From TPA_inf: Saccharomyces (Eukaryota): 64,000 nucleotides of DNA. A program made the position numbers and the translations under genes. Where the stretch lies: contig BK006941.2 in NCBI GenBank assembly GCA_000146045.2, positions 736,001-800,000 on the forward strand, given 5' to 3'. Numbering within the stretch: position 1 is the stretch's first letter; each line of letters begins with the position of its first letter. Under the pieces are notes generated by a model that worked only from the letters and a program-made list of their open reading frames with translations, did not search any database and had not been told where the DNA came from. This document shows, in pieces, positions 35,973 through 48,222 of this stretch.

Positions 35973-36453
35973 TGAATATTTGGGCGTTTTTCGCTATTTT
36001 AGCATGCTGTAGTGTATGTACTGTGCATCGTCATGTAGCACTATTTCAGCCGTATTTTTCTTTTTTTCTTTCGCACCGTCTGTGGTTGTAAAGTTACTGA
36101 CACTTTTTTTTCTAGAAAGTTCCGGAAAATTGCGACACTCGGTGGAGCTCGAGAGTTGTATCCAGTTTTCTTGTTCGGCGATATTCCGAACCAGGTCGGG
36201 TTGGGCTAACAGCCGCCCAGGATGGAAGAATTAAGAATTTCATAGAAGCCTTCAGTTCTTGGCGAAGTAAAGTGGCAAAACAAATGGAAGATCTATTGCA
36301 TTACATATATAAAAGCATTAGAACAATCTTTTCTCATTGACAGGTATTCTCATTGCTCTATATATATTTTCTTCTTCTTGAAAGAAATATCAGTATTACA
36401 ATCATAACAACAACCAAAAGAAAATAACTAATAGACCCCATTACAATATAGAA

Positions 36454-37686
36454 ATGTTTTCCATATTCAATTCACCATGTGTTTTTGAACAGCTGCCATC
36501 TTTTAGTCAGCCCCTACATTCGCGTTATTTTGATTGCAGTTCTCCAGTGAGCTATTATCCAGAATGTAAAAGGAGGAAAGCAATAAAAGCTAACCTAAGA
36601 GCTCCAAAAAAAAGCGATGCAAATTGTTCAGAACCTTTGAGGTATGCACTTGCTGAAACACCAAATGGTTATACATTAAGCTTGTCTAAGCGGATTCCAT
36701 ATGAACTTTTTTCAAAGTACGTTAATGAGAAATTAGGTGAGCTAAAGGAGAACCATTACAGACCAACTTACCATGTTGTCCAAGATTTTTTTGGAAACCA
36801 GTATTATGTTGAAGATGAAGCGGATGAAGATGCTCTATTGAGATCTGCATTGAAAGATCTGGATTTTAGAGCCATAGGAAAGAAAATTGCTAAGGATCTT
36901 TTCCAAGACTACGAAATAGAATTGAATCATAGAGGTGATGAATTGAGCATATTGAGTAAGAAGGATAAAATCTTTAAGGAATTCTCTCTAGACCAAGTGT
37001 TTGAAGATGTTTTTGTTATTGGCTGTGGAGTTGAAAACATAGATGATGGCTCGAGAGAAAAATATGCACTTTTAAAGATTGGTTTAGTTAAGCATGAGGA
37101 AGAAATTTCCGAAGGTGGCATCAACGAACCAAAGATGCCAATAATTGAATCCAAAATAGACGAGTCTCACGATGATGTTAACATGTCTGAATCTTTGAAG
37201 GAGGAAGAAGCGGAGAAAGCGAAAGAACCACTAACCAAAGAAGACCAAATAAAAAAATGGATAGAGGAAGAAAGATTGATGCAGGAGGAAAGCAGAAAAT
37301 CAGAACAGGAAAAAGCTGCCAAGGAAGATGAAGAAAGGCAAAAGAAAGAGAAGGAAGCCAGATTGAAGGCAAGGAAAGAATCTTTGATAAATAAGCAAAA
37401 AACCAAGAGGTCCCAGCAAAAAAAATTGCAAAATTCCAAATCATTGCCTATCTCTGAGATTGAGGCCAGCAATAAAAATAATAATAGCAATTCTGGTTCA
37501 GCAGAAAGTGATAATGAAAGTATAAACAGTGATTCTGATACGACTTTGGATTTCTCTGTGTCTGGTAATACACTAAAAAAACACGCTTCACCCCTATTAG
37601 AAGACGTTGAGGATGAGGAAGTTGACAGATACAACGAGTCCCTAAGCAGATCTCCCAAGGGAAACTCTATTATTGAGGAGATATAA
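36454..37686 (+). CDS. BTN2: v-SNARE-binding / protein-sorting factor with charged coiled-coil C-terminal half, 410 aa
   Basis: 410 aa. KE-rich coiled-coil region. Position matches YGR142W, the CUR1 paralog. Confidence 0.85.
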   Translation: MFSIFNSPCVFEQLPSFSQPLHSRYFDCSSPVSYYPECKRRKAIKANLRAPKKSDANCSEPLRYALAETPNGYTLSLSKRIPYELFSKYVNEKLGELKENHYRPTYHVVQDFFGNQYYVEDEADEDALLRSALKDLDFRAIGKKIAKDLFQDYEIELNHRGDELSILSKKDKIFKEFSLDQVFEDVFVIGCGVENIDDGSREKYALLKIGLVKHEEEISEGGINEPKMPIIESKIDESHDDVNMSESLKEEEAEKAKEPLTKEDQIKKWIEEERLMQEESRKSEQEKAAKEDEERQKKEKEARLKARKESLINKQKTKRSQQKKLQNSKSLPISEIEASNKNNNSNSGSAESDNESINSDSDTTLDFSVSGNTLKKHASPLLEDVEDEEVDRYNESLSRSPKGNSIIEEI

Positions 37687-38009
37687 TGGGTGATAATACA
37701 TACTCCCCATCTTTCATTTTTACGGCATTAAATAACTAATTATATGCATCTTATATACTACTATAATTCACTGACTTTATGAAAGGAATATAAATCGGCA
37801 CGGCAGAAGGCGGATTTATTTTGTTACAATATAACAAAATAAAAGGGCAACAGTAAAGTAGAAATTATTAGTATCCGTGATTTTAGTACAATTATTTGCT
37901 TCCTAGAAATCCGGTTTTCCATGTTAACATTTATGCTAGTATTTTATGGTGGAATGGCAAGTGATTCACAAAATACAAGCTACTTTATCGAATGATTGAA
38001 ATTCATTTC

Positions 38010-38162
38010 TGCTTGAATAGAATTCAACTATCGTTTATCGATTCTATTTTGAGGATTCCTATACCCTCGAGGAGAACTTCTAGTATATTCTATATACCTA
38101 ATATTACTACTGTTATTAACAATGGAATCCCAACAATTATCTCAAAATTCACCAATATCTCA
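38010..38162 (+). mobile_element. Internally deleted Ty1/Ty2 delta LTR fragment (5' about 30 bp joined to the 3' about 120 bp) upstream of tA(AGC)
   Basis: TGCTTGAATAGAATTCAACTATCGTTTATCG matches the delta 5' end. It continues as TTTTGAGGATTCCTATACCCTCGAGGAGAACTTCTAGTATAT...TGGAATCCCAACAATTATCTCAAAATTCACCAATATCTCA, matching the delta 3' end. Confidence 0.65.
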
Positions 38163-38348
38163 ATTCCATCTTTAGAAAAATTAAGTTCAAATTAACGGAA
38201 ACAGTAATCAAGTAAAAGAGCTTTTTTTTTCTTCTCCCCTTCCTGCCCTGAAGATAATTGAGTAAATGTTACGTTGAGAATGGCTTTTTGATATTTCATT
38301 AGATTTACTTCATTATTCTTCTCTATTCTCCCCTTTCATCAATTAATT

Positions 38349-38421
38349 GGGCGTGTGGCGTAGTCGGTAGCGCGCTCCCTTAGCATGGGAGAGGTCTCCG
38401 GTTCGATTCCGGACTCGTCCA
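38349..38421 (+). tRNA. tA(AGC): tRNA-Ala (anticodon AGC)
   Basis: GGGCGTGTGGCGTAGTCGGTAGCGCGCTCCCTTAGCATGGGAGAGGTCTCCGGTTCGATTCCGGACTCGTCCA. Anticodon loop TTAGCAT. G3-U70 identity pair present. Confidence 0.92.
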
Positions 38422-39192
38422 AATTTTTTTACTTTTAATGAGGTATACTGGAATATTACGGCTCTTTTTTTTTAGAAACATATTCCTCAAATGGGTAAAC
38501 GGACCCTGGTGCAAGGTGTGGGTGCTGAGACAAATACGATCTGAGTTGTTTTAAAAAGGAAAACAAATGAATGCGTGCCCAAAGCGGAAAATTGGTCAAC
38601 ATCGATGCGTAATTAGTAGGCCCAGGTGAGCCTGTGCCGAACATGTATCTCTGCGCAGATTACTATATATTCCCGAGCATAACAGCATATAGTTTTCTTT
38701 CACATAGGCCTTCCTCCAACTGCCATCACTGTACATAGACGTTTCGGCACTGTATATTCTTGTCCCTTTTTTTTTGCCTACTACATTGCTGCATTCAAAC
38801 GATATCGCTCTGCGAACCGTTTAAAACTGACCAAAATAGGGAGACCTACCTTCTAAGGAGAAAAAATTCGCATTGCTAAAAAAAAGCTAAAAGAGAAAGA
38901 GAAGAAGAATATTAAACCAGTATATTCTACTACAACTATCGATTTACTCCGACTACAAAGTGCCTCTTCGTATTTTCAGTCGCTCGAAAAAACAACCCAT
39001 ATTCCATTTGATTCTACGCAGCTGGTAGAAACTTTTACAGGTTTGATAAAATTATTACAATCGTTAGCGGTTACGCAAGGAATAGGAAATAAAGAAACGG
39101 TAAATAATAAGAAAAACACAGCAGATCTAAGCCTATTGCACACAGTATATTATAACCATTACTAGCTAGTGTTACATAAACAATAGCAGAAT

Positions 39193-41508
39193 ATGTCTGT
39201 GCGAAACCTCACCAATAATCGTCATTCCAACAGCGAAAATAGTGTTTCCGGAAGCGAAAACTCCTTTTATTCCTCGAATGAGCAATCAAGACAAAGCTCA
39301 TCATTAGAACCTGCAGATGGTCAGAACGTTAGGGTGAGCGGTAATCCTTTCCTTGGAAGTGAAGAATTTGACGAAGATTATAATTCACCCAGTGGAGACG
39401 ATGAGCGGCGTGGGGCAAATGAATATTCCAGTTCTTCATCCATAAATTATAATAACGATCCTAACAGCGATACTTCTCTTCTGGCTAATGAAAAGAACTC
39501 ACCCGAGAGAAATGGTCAAAGAATGTCAGACTATAAGGGCTATTATGCTAAGACTAACCTAACTTCTGCTAATAACTTAAACAATCATAATAACAATAAT
39601 TATAAGAACATTATAAGCAGTAGTAACGATAATAGTTTTGCATCACATTTACAGCCGCCGGACAGAAACTTACCGTCTCATCCTTCTTCAAATAATATGA
39701 GTAGCTTTTCTAACAACAGCTTAATTAAGTCTCCACCACCTTTTGACAGATATCCGCTAGTAGGAACGAGGCATATTTCAGCGGCTCAATCTCAGTCGCA
39801 GAACCTTATAAATGAAAAGAAAAGAGCGAATATGACTGGCTCATCTTCTTCTGCTCACGACTCTTCATTATCATCCACCAACTTATACATGGGCGAACAG
39901 GATTTTTCGCCCTTTGGCGGTTATCCAGCTTCCTTCTTTCCGTTAACGTTGGACGAAAAGGAAGACGATGACTACATTCATAATCCAAATGTCGAGGAAG
40001 AAGCAAAGTTAGATAGAAGGAGGTTCGTTGACGACTTCAAACACATGGATAGAAGATCTTTCTTGGGGCTTCTGGGTATTCTATTTTTATTTATGGCTGG
40101 TATATTTATTTTCATTGTATTACCTGCAATTACATTTTCCGGGGTAGTTTATCATCATGAACATGTTCATGCGGCAAATTCAGCAGGATCGTCGTCTTCT
40201 AATACTACATCCAAGTCATTGACTGAATATCAATATCCTCAACTTGCGGCTATAAGGACAACTTTAGTTGATCCAGACACACCTGACAGTGCGAAGACAA
40301 GAGTAGCGAAAGATGGATCTAAATGGCAGCTGGTGTTTTCCGATGAATTTAATGCTGAAGGTAGGACCTTTTACGATGGCGATGACCAGTTTTGGACAGC
40401 TCCTGACATCCACTACGACGCTACGAAAGATCTTGAATGGTACTCACCAGATGCCGTTACAACTACAAATGGTACCTTGACGTTGAGAATGGATGCATTC
40501 AGAAACCATGACCTTTATTACAGATCTGGTATGGTACAGAGCTGGAACAAACTCTGCTTTACAGAAGGTGCGTTAGAAGTTTCCGCGAACCTCCCTAATT
40601 ATGGTCGAGTTACAGGATTATGGCCTGGTATGTGGACCATGGGGAACTTGGGCAGACCAGGTTATTTGGCGAGTACTCAAGGTGTTTGGCCTTATTCATA
40701 TGAAGCATGTGACGCTGGTATAACACCAAACCAAAGTTCCCCAGATGGTATTTCTTACTTGCCGGGACAAAAGTTGAGTGTTTGTACTTGTGATAATGAG
40801 GATCATCCAAATCAGGGAGTTGGAAGAGGCGCACCGGAAATAGATATTTTAGAAGGTGAAGCTGATACAATTTTGGGTGTTGGTGTTGCGTCACAATCTC
40901 TACAAATTGCTCCATTTGATATATGGTACATGCCCGATTATGACTTCATCGAAGTTTATAATTTCACCACAACAACTATGAATACTTACGCTGGTGGGCC
41001 TTTTCAACAAGCTGTCTCAGCAATATCCACTTTAAATGTAACATGGTATGAATTTGGGGAGGAAGCAGGTTATTTTCAAAAGTATGCCATTGAATATCTC
41101 AATGATGACGACAACGGATATATTCGTTGGTTTGTGGGAGAGAACCCTACTTTCACACTATATGCTACTTCTTTACATCCTAGTGGTAATATTGACTGGA
41201 GGAGAATAAGTAAGGAGCCAATGTCAGCGATTTTAAACTTAGGTATTTCCAACAACTGGGCCTATATCGACTGGCAATATATATTTTTCCCGGTGACAAT
41301 GTCAATAGATTACGTCCGATTATACCAGCCGAAGGGTTCTACGTCCATTACTTGTGATCCTGAGGACTACCCGACATATGATTATATCCAAAGCCATCTA
41401 AATGCATATTATAACGCCAATTTAACTGATTGGGAACAGGCTGGATATACTTTCCCAAAAAATATTCTAACAGGAGGTTGTAGTAGTTCAAAATTCTCAT
41501 TATCCTGA
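39193..41508 (+). CDS. SKN1: Type II membrane protein with GH16-like lumenal domain, beta-1,6-glucan synthesis (Kre6 paralog), 771 aa
   Basis: Ser/Asn-rich cytosolic N-terminus, a single TM, and a Kre6-like GH16 domain. 771 aa. Matches YGR143W. Confidence 0.88.
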   Translation: MSVRNLTNNRHSNSENSVSGSENSFYSSNEQSRQSSSLEPADGQNVRVSGNPFLGSEEFDEDYNSPSGDDERRGANEYSSSSSINYNNDPNSDTSLLANEKNSPERNGQRMSDYKGYYAKTNLTSANNLNNHNNNNYKNIISSSNDNSFASHLQPPDRNLPSHPSSNNMSSFSNNSLIKSPPPFDRYPLVGTRHISAAQSQSQNLINEKKRANMTGSSSSAHDSSLSSTNLYMGEQDFSPFGGYPASFFPLTLDEKEDDDYIHNPNVEEEAKLDRRRFVDDFKHMDRRSFLGLLGILFLFMAGIFIFIVLPAITFSGVVYHHEHVHAANSAGSSSSNTTSKSLTEYQYPQLAAIRTTLVDPDTPDSAKTRVAKDGSKWQLVFSDEFNAEGRTFYDGDDQFWTAPDIHYDATKDLEWYSPDAVTTTNGTLTLRMDAFRNHDLYYRSGMVQSWNKLCFTEGALEVSANLPNYGRVTGLWPGMWTMGNLGRPGYLASTQGVWPYSYEACDAGITPNQSSPDGISYLPGQKLSVCTCDNEDHPNQGVGRGAPEIDILEGEADTILGVGVASQSLQIAPFDIWYMPDYDFIEVYNFTTTTMNTYAGGPFQQAVSAISTLNVTWYEFGEEAGYFQKYAIEYLNDDDNGYIRWFVGENPTFTLYATSLHPSGNIDWRRISKEPMSAILNLGISNNWAYIDWQYIFFPVTMSIDYVRLYQPKGSTSITCDPEDYPTYDYIQSHLNAYYNANLTDWEQAGYTFPKNILTGGCSSSKFSLS

Positions 41509-42604
41509 GGTTGATTTTTTTTTTTCAACTGGTTAAAACCTACTATCTAAGTGCGCTTTAATTCTAAGGAGGCAAAATAGTCTGCGGTCACAGTCGTTGA
41601 AAGTTCTAGATTTGGGTACGGAAGCAGCCATGTAAATGGTCTTCCTTTGTAATAATATCATCACTGGAGTTTTTAAATTAGAGTACGGATTCAAGTTAGC
41701 GAAAAATTTCTGTTGGTATCTGATAGCAATTTGTCGACAAGGTGGAGAGTTTTTGAAGTTTTTTTTTGTAACAGTTATGTTACACTATTTACCAGAGAAA
41801 CACCAAGACAGGAGCCCTCAGAAGCTTTCGTGTTGTCAGAACATAAATATCTTCTATATGTTTTAATCTTTTATATTAATCAATATTTTATGTTAAATCA
41901 TATTATTATTCGTTAATGGTTAACTTGCGCTATTTCAAAATTGGAAGGATAGTGTGGTTACAAGCGGTGTTTTTGATGTATGTTTACTGCTAAGAGTATA
42001 CCGTCCTGTTTACTTTTTTACCTTTTGTTCCGTTATTGATTTTTCGCAGCAAGGTTGAAGCTTCAAATTTGAAAATGAAATTAAGACGTAGAGATGAAAA
42101 ACAGCGATGAAATTACTTTTTATAGCTTCTTTCCCATCTGACTCCGTTTTATAAACAGGGGTTCTTTAAGGGCTTACAAATAAATATAAACACTAACACA
42201 TATATATTATTCGACCTACAGTTTTTGCGACCAATGAAGTTTACCTATTTTGAGTTAGTGCTTACGTAGTTTGCTTAAGGTCAAGGTGGTATTAAGCTTG
42301 CGCTTTCTCTAAATAATATCATATGGTACAGACAGGGATAAGTACTTCATAATAAACCAATTGCTAGTCCAGTATTTTTGGTACCCTCTTACTGCCGCGA
42401 AATTCAACAACTTTTTAACTCGTGAAAGAGGTTAATATTATTATTCATTTTGCTAGAAATACTACTAAACACCCCATTAGGAAGCTGGTAAATTATGAAA
42501 TCAGCAAAATAAGATCCAACCGGAACGAATTTATTAGAAGCTCAAACACAAGGGTTGATAGTGTGATAAAGGAAAGGGGTGACAACGTGTAGAGGGTAAA
42601 ACTT

Positions 42605-42737
42605 ATTGATTCCTTTTTGTGGATTCCTATACCCTACAAGAACACTGTTGGATATAGACATTATATGCAATATTAATTATGCGACTGATAGGCTTCGTAA
42701 TTCCTGCTTGAGTAAAGACAAGAATTTTCATTTCTCA
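42605..42737 (+). mobile_element. Nested or internally deleted delta-like LTR fragments: a mid-delta piece (about 42611-42646) abutting a mini-LTR TGTTGGATATAGACA...CATTTCTCA (42647-42737)
   Basis: TG...CA termini and delta-like 5' and 3' ends seen in sequence. The internal structure is uncertain. Confidence 0.4.
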
Positions 42738-42783
42738 TTAACTGTTTTTATTTATAACCTAGGAAAAAAAGGAGCTGAAAATT

Positions 42784-43112
42784 TGTTGGAATAAAAATCC
42801 ACTATCTTATATCAACTAGTATTCCTAATGTCAGTATATTGTCATATAAGGCGTTAGATGGTGACATAAGGTATGAAAAGTTGCCATCGAAGTTAGAGGA
42901 AGCTGAAATGCAAGCATTGATGTAATAGGATCAATGAATATTAACATATAAAACGATGATAATAATATTTATAGAATTGTGTAGAATTACAGATTCCCTT
43001 TTATGGATTCCTAAATCCTTGAGGAGAACTTCTAGTATATCTACATACCTAATATTATAGCCTTAATCACAATGGAATCCCAACAATTACATCAGAACCC
43101 ACACTCTCTTCA
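42784..43112 (+). mobile_element. Full-length solo Ty1/Ty2 delta LTR (about 329 bp)
   Basis: TGTTGGAATAAAAATCCACTATC...GAAGCTGAAATGCAAGCATTGATGTAATAGGATCAATGAATAT...TGGAATCCCAACAATTACATCAGAACCCACACTCTCTTCA. Canonical delta termini and internal blocks. Confidence 0.85.
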
Positions 43113-43232
43113 ATTATTATGTAGAAATTTCGATTCTATTTTGAGGATTCCTATACCCTCGAGTAGAAATTCTAGTATATCCTACATACCTAACATTATT
43201 GCTTTATCAATAATGGAATCCCAACAATTATT
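43113..43232 (+). mobile_element. 3' fragment of a second delta LTR inserted directly after the first
   Basis: TATGTAGAAATTTCGATTCTATTTTGAGGATTCCTATACCCTCGAGTAGAAATTCTAGTATATCCTACATACCTAACATTATTGCTTTATCAATAATGGAATCCCAACAATTATTG matches the delta 3' portion. Confidence 0.65.
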
Positions 43233-43615
43233 GTTACAGGCTACGATATTGCGTATAGAAAAAATGTTGAAAGTTCTTCTGCAAGATACAGGAATCCAAA
43301 GGGAATCAATATATCTACCTAATAGTATTATTATTTCTTTTCCATTTTATATGTTTCACTATCCTACTATTTCATCGATCCTCTTATTTAAGCTTTTATT
43401 AAACCTAATGACTGTTCTATAACTTTTATGTCCTCTTTTTACATCATAAATGATAATTAATATACTAGTGACATGAATACTAATCGATGGATGGTAGTTT
43501 GTTCTTATTCTATCAGGGAAATGCATCAGATAATGGATAAAATGGAAAGAATGGAAAGGAATTGTAACATGCCTATATATGGAAAACGAGCTTTTAGAGC
43601 TTTCAAGTTAACCCC

Positions 43616-43687
43616 GGGCGGTTAGTGTAGTGGTTATCATCCCACCCTTCCAAGGTGGGGACACGGGTTCGATTCTCGTACCGCTCA
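43616..43687 (+). tRNA. tG(UCC): tRNA-Gly (anticodon UCC)
   Basis: GGGCGGTTAGTGTAGTGGTTATCATCCCACCCTTCCAAGGTGGGGACACGGGTTCGATTCTCGTACCGCTCA. Anticodon loop CTTCCAA. The 5' end is uncertain by 1 nt. Confidence 0.85.
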
Positions 43688-44314
43688 AGATTACTTTTTT
43701 AATTTTCATACTTTTTCTCCTAATATCTTGCAAATCATGACTGAATTGACATTAACTGATGCAAATGGGTGGGAAAAATGCTTATCAACCCCCTAAAAAG
43801 TCAACTTCTTCGTTAGTGATTGCTATATGTGGCGTCAAGAATTACAAGAAGCTGGCGAGCTTTCCAAGCCCCTTCAGGATTAACCGTTTTTTACCCTTTT
43901 TTTACAAATTTACGGCGGGGAATAATTCTGATACTTTCTCTTTATGAGCATTCCTCAACAGGGATCGGCACTCAATTGCTTTAGTGAATAGTTTTTTTTT
44001 ACGCCAAGAACATTTACCACCCCATTTTCCTGTAGACGTCCAAAACGATACTCTACTTTAAGCCCTTTTTCTGAAGTTTTCATAAAATGTCCGATCTCCT
44101 AACGTCATTTTTAAAATCAAATGGTCTTTTAATAATTATGCACGTTAAAAAACATACATAATTGATAGTAAAGAATCTGGTATTCTATCAGTTACCAAGT
44201 TCAATCGTAAATTTTTTTACGAGCACTAATAGAAATGGATCATGAAATTGATTTTTTGATTTTCAATTTATGAACTACCCAGATATATAAATATTGGAAT
44301 AAATTGTGTATTAA

Positions 44315-45379
<1,065 letters not shown>

Positions 45380-45766
45380 GCTTTTAATGAGGTATGCTTT
45401 TAAAGATTTATATATTTTTTATACACGCTATATACACAATTTTCGCTGATGATTTTGTTTTATTATTGATTTTTAAATTAACCGTAGAAAATACTAAGTG
45501 GAAAGATCCGATAGTGATGAGATAAGACTTTTAGTTATCTCTGTAATGGTGAGTTTTCGCACATCTTGCAATATTAAAAATATAAATCAATTCTTCAAAT
45601 GTCACTTCATGGTCGGGTAACCAAATATGATCTTAAAAAAAATTAAGAAAAAAAAAAATTGAAAATTTTGAGCTAAGCTCATCTCATCTCATCGGCTGTA
45701 ATCAGTAACACATCATTTATTACATCAGTTACAGGTATCAACATATATCTTCAAAAAGGGGACATT

Positions 45767-47890
45767 ATGGTTTTGAAATCTACTTCCGCAAATGATGTTT
45801 CAGTATATCAGGTTTCTGGTACAAACGTTTCAAGATCACTTCCAGACTGGATTGCGAAAAAGCGCAAAAGGCAATTAAAGAATGATTTAGAATATCAAAA
45901 TAGAGTAGAACTGATTCAAGATTTTGAATTTAGCGAAGCCTCCAATAAGATTAAAGTGAGTAGAGATGGGCAATATTGCATGGCTACCGGTACATACAAA
46001 CCTCAGATCCATGTCTACGATTTTGCTAATTTGTCACTGAAGTTCGATAGACACACAGATGCTGAAAACGTGGATTTCACTATTCTCTCTGACGATTGGA
46101 CTAAAAGTGTACATTTACAAAATGATAGAAGTATTCAATTCCAAAACAAAGGTGGTCTACATTACACCACAAGAATTCCTAAATTTGGGAGAAGTTTAGT
46201 TTACAATAAGGTAAACTGTGATTTATATGTTGGTGCGAGCGGTAATGAGTTATACAGGTTGAACTTGGAAAAGGGGAGATTTTTAAACCCATTCAAGTTG
46301 GATACTGAAGGCGTGAACCATGTTTCTATCAATGAAGTAAATGGGTTGTTAGCGGCAGGCACGGAAACAAATGTAGTGGAATTCTGGGATCCAAGGTCGC
46401 GTTCCCGTGTTTCAAAGCTATATTTAGAGAACAATATTGACAACAGACCATTCCAAGTCACCACAACCAGTTTCCGTAATGACGGGTTAACTTTTGCATG
46501 TGGTACGTCGAACGGTTATTCATACATTTATGACTTGCGTACTTCTGAACCTTCCATTATTAAAGACCAAGGTTATGGGTTTGACATTAAGAAAATTATT
46601 TGGTTGGATAACGTCGGCACGGAAAATAAAATTGTTACATGTGACAAGAGAATTGCAAAAATATGGGATAGACTAGATGGTAAGGCATACGCTTCTATGG
46701 AGCCTAGTGTTGATATTAACGACATTGAGCATGTACCAGGTACAGGTATGTTTTTCACCGCTAACGAAAGTATTCCCATGCATACATATTATATTCCAAG
46801 TTTAGGACCATCTCCACGCTGGTGCTCATTCTTGGATTCTATCACAGAAGAATTAGAAGAAAAACCAAGTGACACTGTTTACTCTAACTACAGGTTCATT
46901 ACTAGAGACGACGTTAAAAAATTGAATTTAACGCACTTGGTGGGATCCAGAGTATTAAGAGCATACATGCATGGTTTCTTTATTAACACTGAACTTTACG
47001 ATAAGGTTTCATTAATTGCTAATCCAGATGCCTACAAAGATGAAAGAGAAAGAGAAATTAGACGTAGAATTGAGAAAGAAAGAGAATCCAGAATCAGAAG
47101 TTCAGGGGCTGTTCAAAAACCTAAAATTAAAGTCAATAAAACATTGGTTGATAAACTATCTCAAAAACGTGGTGATAAAGTTGCAGGAAAGGTTCTTACG
47201 GATGACCGTTTCAAAGAAATGTTTGAGGATGAAGAATTTCAAGTCGATGAAGATGACTATGATTTCAAACAATTGAATCCAGTAAAATCCATCAAAGAAA
47301 CCGAAGAAGGTGCTGCTAAACGTATTAGGGCGCTAACTGCTGCCGAAGAGTCCGACGAAGAAAGAATTGCAATGAAGGATGGCAGAGGTCACTATGACTA
47401 CGAGGATGAAGAGTCTGATGAAGAAGAATCTGATGATGAAACGAACCAAAAGTCAAATAAGGAAGAATTAAGTGAAAAAGATTTGAGAAAGATGGAAAAG
47501 CAAAAGGCACTAATTGAACGCAGAAAGAAGGAAAAGGAGCAAAGCGAACGTTTTATGAACGAAATGAAAGCCGGCACTTCCACGAGTACGCAAAGAGACG
47601 AAAGTGCTCACGTTACATTTGGCGAACAAGTAGGCGAATTGCTTGAGGTGGAAAATGGAAAGAAATCAAATGAATCCATTTTACGTCGTAACCAACGCGG
47701 TGAAGCAGAACTTACTTTTATTCCTCAAAGAAAAAGCAAAAAAGACGGAAATTATAAATCCAGGCGTCATGATAATTCATCGGATGAAGAAGGTATTGAC
47801 GAAAATGGTAATAAGAAGGACAATGGTAGGTCGAAGCCCAGATTCGAAAATAGAAGAAGAGCTAGCAAAAATGCGTTCCGTGGTATGTAG
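45767..47890 (+). CDS. ENP2: Nucleolar WD-repeat SSU-processome-associated protein (NUC153 domain), 707 aa
   Basis: 707 aa with an acidic KE-rich C-terminus. Position matches YGR145W. Confidence 0.85.
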   Translation: MVLKSTSANDVSVYQVSGTNVSRSLPDWIAKKRKRQLKNDLEYQNRVELIQDFEFSEASNKIKVSRDGQYCMATGTYKPQIHVYDFANLSLKFDRHTDAENVDFTILSDDWTKSVHLQNDRSIQFQNKGGLHYTTRIPKFGRSLVYNKVNCDLYVGASGNELYRLNLEKGRFLNPFKLDTEGVNHVSINEVNGLLAAGTETNVVEFWDPRSRSRVSKLYLENNIDNRPFQVTTTSFRNDGLTFACGTSNGYSYIYDLRTSEPSIIKDQGYGFDIKKIIWLDNVGTENKIVTCDKRIAKIWDRLDGKAYASMEPSVDINDIEHVPGTGMFFTANESIPMHTYYIPSLGPSPRWCSFLDSITEELEEKPSDTVYSNYRFITRDDVKKLNLTHLVGSRVLRAYMHGFFINTELYDKVSLIANPDAYKDEREREIRRRIEKERESRIRSSGAVQKPKIKVNKTLVDKLSQKRGDKVAGKVLTDDRFKEMFEDEEFQVDEDDYDFKQLNPVKSIKETEEGAAKRIRALTAAEESDEERIAMKDGRGHYDYEDEESDEEESDDETNQKSNKEELSEKDLRKMEKQKALIERRKKEKEQSERFMNEMKAGTSTSTQRDESAHVTFGEQVGELLEVENGKKSNESILRRNQRGEAELTFIPQRKSKKDGNYKSRRHDNSSDEEGIDENGNKKDNGRSKPRFENRRRASKNAFRGM

Positions 47891-48222
47891 TTATATTAGA
47901 AATTGATATTTTAATTATCCTTTCACCTTAAACTAAAAATATTATATGTATGAAGACGAAGACAGCAAAAAGTATGCGTGATACAGTTTACATTATAGAA
48001 TTCTTTCCCCAAATATTGAGGGTTTTGTTTTTTTTTTTTAATGCAGATGTACGTACATATTTTCTTTATCAAAAGGATGTGTAGAGAACTATGTATATAT
48101 GTATATGTGTAGGTTTTTTTTTTTTAGGATGACTAGAAAAGGAAATCGAAAAAGAAAAAATAAGCATGAATCATGAGTAGGTTAAAGGCAAGTCGAAGAA
48201 GATACGAAGCAAGTGAAGCCGT

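Noticed and set aside
37167-37658. 163 aa ORF antisense to BTN2 (plus 37178-37444, 88 aa)
   Set aside because: Lies entirely inside the KE-rich coiled-coil-coding part of BTN2. The purine-rich sense strand gives a stop-poor pyrimidine-rich antisense frame. The product is low-complexity (S/L/F-rich) with no recognisable domain.
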